A stretch of 60,951 nt of DNA, the filler included, from Nitrospirae bacterium CG2_30_53_67 (lineage in GTDB: Bacteria > CG2-30-53-67), in NCBI GenBank assembly GCA_001873285.1. It is 7 parts of 7 records of this genome, joined end to end, with 100 filler letters (N's around TTAATTAATTAA, not from the genome) between each part and the next. Parts side by side here need not be neighbours in the genome. Positions count along the whole stretch, not along the records: positions 53,720 to 60,951 come from MNYV01000047.1; 6 more parts are not named here. The stretch is one strand, 5' to 3'. Of the stretch, positions 58,864 to 60,951 are shown piece after piece (position 1 is the first letter of the stretch; every line of letters starts with the position of its first letter). The notes under the pieces are model-generated. The model did not search any database, was not told the origin of the DNA, and saw nothing but the letters and a program-made list of their open reading frames with translations. The position numbers were made by a program, and so were the translations under genes.

Positions 58864-60243
58864 TTGAAACGTTTCGTCATTGCCGGTGTCTCGAGCGGTG
58901 CAGGGAAGACCACGGTCTCTCTGGGGCTGATGGCTGCGTTCATGGAGGATGGGCTTTCGGTCCAGCCGTTCAAGACCGGTCCGGATTTCATTGATCCGCT
59001 CTTTCACACAAAGATCTGCGGCCGCTCCTCACGCAACCTGGATGGATGGCTCATGGGAAGAGAGGCTGTCCTCTCCTCGTTCCAGAGGGCATCCCTGGGT
59101 GCGGATATCTGCGTGGTTGAAGGGGTCATGGGACTCTTCGACGGGTATGACGCAAGGTCCGAAGCCGGCTCCACGGCCGAGATCGCCAAGTGGCTGCATG
59201 CGCCCGTGATCCTCACGGTGGACGCCCGCTCCATGGCCCGAAGCGCGGGCGCCCTGGTCCGGGGGTTCGAGACGTTCGATTCGGCACTCAATGTCGCCGG
59301 GGTAATCTTCAACCGGATGGGGAGCGAGAGGCACATGAAGTGGCTGACCCAGGCCGTGGAGGATCACTGCGGGGCGAGGTGCCTGGGAGGACTCTTGCCG
59401 GATGCAGATCTGACCCTGCCCGAGCGTCATCTGGGGCTTTCCACGGATCAAGTGGGCCGGATCGACGAGGCCTGGATCCGGAGACTGGCTCTCGGCGTCC
59501 GGCAGGGGATGGATCTTTCAGGGCTCCTCGACCTTGCCGAAGCAGGACCGCTTCAGCCTTACAGTGACCCGTCCGGCACGCCCCATGTGGGTAAGGGAGT
59601 CCGGATCGGCGTGGCCATGGATGAGGCCTTCTGTTTCTACTATGAAGACAACCTTGACCTTCTCCGGGACATGGGGGCTGAACTCATCTTTTTCAGTCCG
59701 CTTCATGATTTGCGCCTTCCCGGGAATGTGGACGGGCTTTATCTGGGCGGAGGGTATCCTGAGGTCTATGCGGAACACCTGAGTCAGAACCAATCCCTGC
59801 TTATGGAGGTCAGGGAGGCGGCGGAGTCCGGGCTCCCCATCTATGCGGAGTGCGGCGGCATGATCTTCCTTTCCCGGGGGATCTATGATGCGGGGGGGGA
59901 CCTCTATCCCATGGCCGGTGTCTTCCCCTTTGAAACCGAGATGCTCACCCGTCGGCAGGCACTGGGATATGTCACGGTCATCCTGGAGGAGGAGAACCTG
60001 CTGGGGAGCCCCGGTGATGTGATCCGGGGGCACGAGTTTCATTACTCCCGGATCAGAGAGATGGGCGGCGCTGTGCGGTGCACCACATCCGTGCAAAAAC
60101 GGGCCGGAGAGGAGAAATACCCCGAAGGGTTCATGGTGAAAAACACCTTCGGGAGTTATGTCCACCTCCATTTCGGTTCCCAGAAGAACCTTGCCGGCAA
60201 TTTGGTACTGAGGATGAAACAGGCCCGGGCCAAGACCGGGTAA
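58864..60243 (+). CDS. cbiA: Cobyrinate a,c-diamide synthase
   Basis: SGAGKTT, FKTGPDFIDP, EGVMGLFDG, ERHLGL, AECGG, GHEFHYS. Confidence 0.94.
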   Translation: MKRFVIAGVSSGAGKTTVSLGLMAAFMEDGLSVQPFKTGPDFIDPLFHTKICGRSSRNLDGWLMGREAVLSSFQRASLGADICVVEGVMGLFDGYDARSEAGSTAEIAKWLHAPVILTVDARSMARSAGALVRGFETFDSALNVAGVIFNRMGSERHMKWLTQAVEDHCGARCLGGLLPDADLTLPERHLGLSTDQVGRIDEAWIRRLALGVRQGMDLSGLLDLAEAGPLQPYSDPSGTPHVGKGVRIGVAMDEAFCFYYEDNLDLLRDMGAELIFFSPLHDLRLPGNVDGLYLGGGYPEVYAEHLSQNQSLLMEVREAAESGLPIYAECGGMIFLSRGIYDAGGDLYPMAGVFPFETEMLTRRQALGYVTVILEEENLLGSPGDVIRGHEFHYSRIREMGGAVRCTTSVQKRAGEEKYPEGFMVKNTFGSYVHLHFGSQKNLAGNLVLRMKQARAKTG

Positions 60244-60251
60244 AGAAAAGA

Positions 60252-60435
60252 GGATCATCTCCAAAAGAGTGGGTGAAAAATCAGGGGTCAAGGGGTCAAG
60301 GATTCCAGGGGTCAAGTGAAGTGCTAAAGACATAAGGGGCCGAGGGTCATAGGGTTCAAGGATTCCAGTGTTTTTCTCTGGAGATTTTGCTTGCGTTTAA
60401 GTATTTCACTTGACCCCTTGAACCCTGGAATCCTC
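60252..60435. mobile_element. Octamer-repeat ISL3-like MITE (right end lost in the fold-back)
   Basis: Left end GGATCATCTCCAAAAGAGTGGGTGAAAA; homologous to 13765-14070. Confidence 0.75.
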
Positions 60436-60951
60436 GAACCCTATGACCCTCGGCCCCTTATGTCTTTAGCACTTCACTTGACCCCTGGAATCCTTGACCC
60501 CTTGACCCCTGATTTTTCACCCACTCTTTTGGAGATGATCCTCTTTTCTTTACCCGGTCTTGGCCCGGGCCTGTTTCATCCTCAGTACCAAATTGCCGGC
60601 AAGGTTCTTCTGGGAACCGAAATGGAGGTGGACATAACTCCCGAAGGTGTTTTTCACCATGAACCCTTCGGGGTATTTCTCCTCTCCGGCCCGTTTTTGC
60701 ACGGATGTGGTGCACCGCACAGCGCCGCCCATCTCTCTGATCCGGGAGTAATGAAACTCGTGCCCCCGGATCACATCACCGGGGCTCCCCAGCAGGTTCT
60801 CCTCCTCCAGGATGACCGTGACATATCCCAGTGCCTGCCGACGGGTGAGCATCTCGGTTTCAAAGGGGAAGACACCGGCCATGGGATAGAGGTCCCCCCC
60901 CGCATCATAGATCCCCCGGGAAAGGAAGATCATGCCGCCGCACTCCGCATA
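60436..60951 (-). repeat. Inverted duplication of 59842-60357 (probable fold-back artefact)
   Basis: 516-bp reverse-complement copy that includes the cbiA 3' end; both strands give identical ORF translations. Confidence 0.9.

Noticed and set aside
60550..60933. Second cbiA C-terminal ORF on the minus strand
   Set aside because: Mirror image produced by the fold-back duplication.

Overview
This window is not one continuous locus. It holds seven contigs of a GC-rich bacterial draft genome, joined by artificial 100-bp N/TTAATTAATTAA/N linkers, so synteny across linkers is meaningless. Gene content resembles an anaerobic Deltaproteobacteria/Nitrospirota-type organism, but that is an inference. 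Most of it is housekeeping: nadB, aroF, uvrA, bamD, sirC, purMN, mltD, ettA, RND/ABC efflux, larC-cutA, and a B12-riboswitch-led cobUTSC-cbiA operon. Two defence islands stand out. (1) 1-3870: type I hsdR, an atypical stand-alone Ser/Thr kinase and a HEPN/MNT pair, separated by long direct repeats and attC-like half-sites. (2) 14229-21833: darT-darG inside a perfect 65-bp hairpin direct repeat, followed by a STAND-like ATPase-wHTH-nuclease and a PLD-SNF2 helicase. Several non-autonomous MITE families are present. One 165-bp element sits inside the cobalamin riboswitch aptamer and leaves all conserved motifs intact. Features absent from the ORF track include the 5' part of hsdR, a 48-aa rubredoxin-like gene, a CooT-like gene, a truncated toxin and a divergent pair of sigma-54 promoters. 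The last 516 bp are a fold-back duplication, most likely an artefact. All family assignments come from motif recognition, not database searches.
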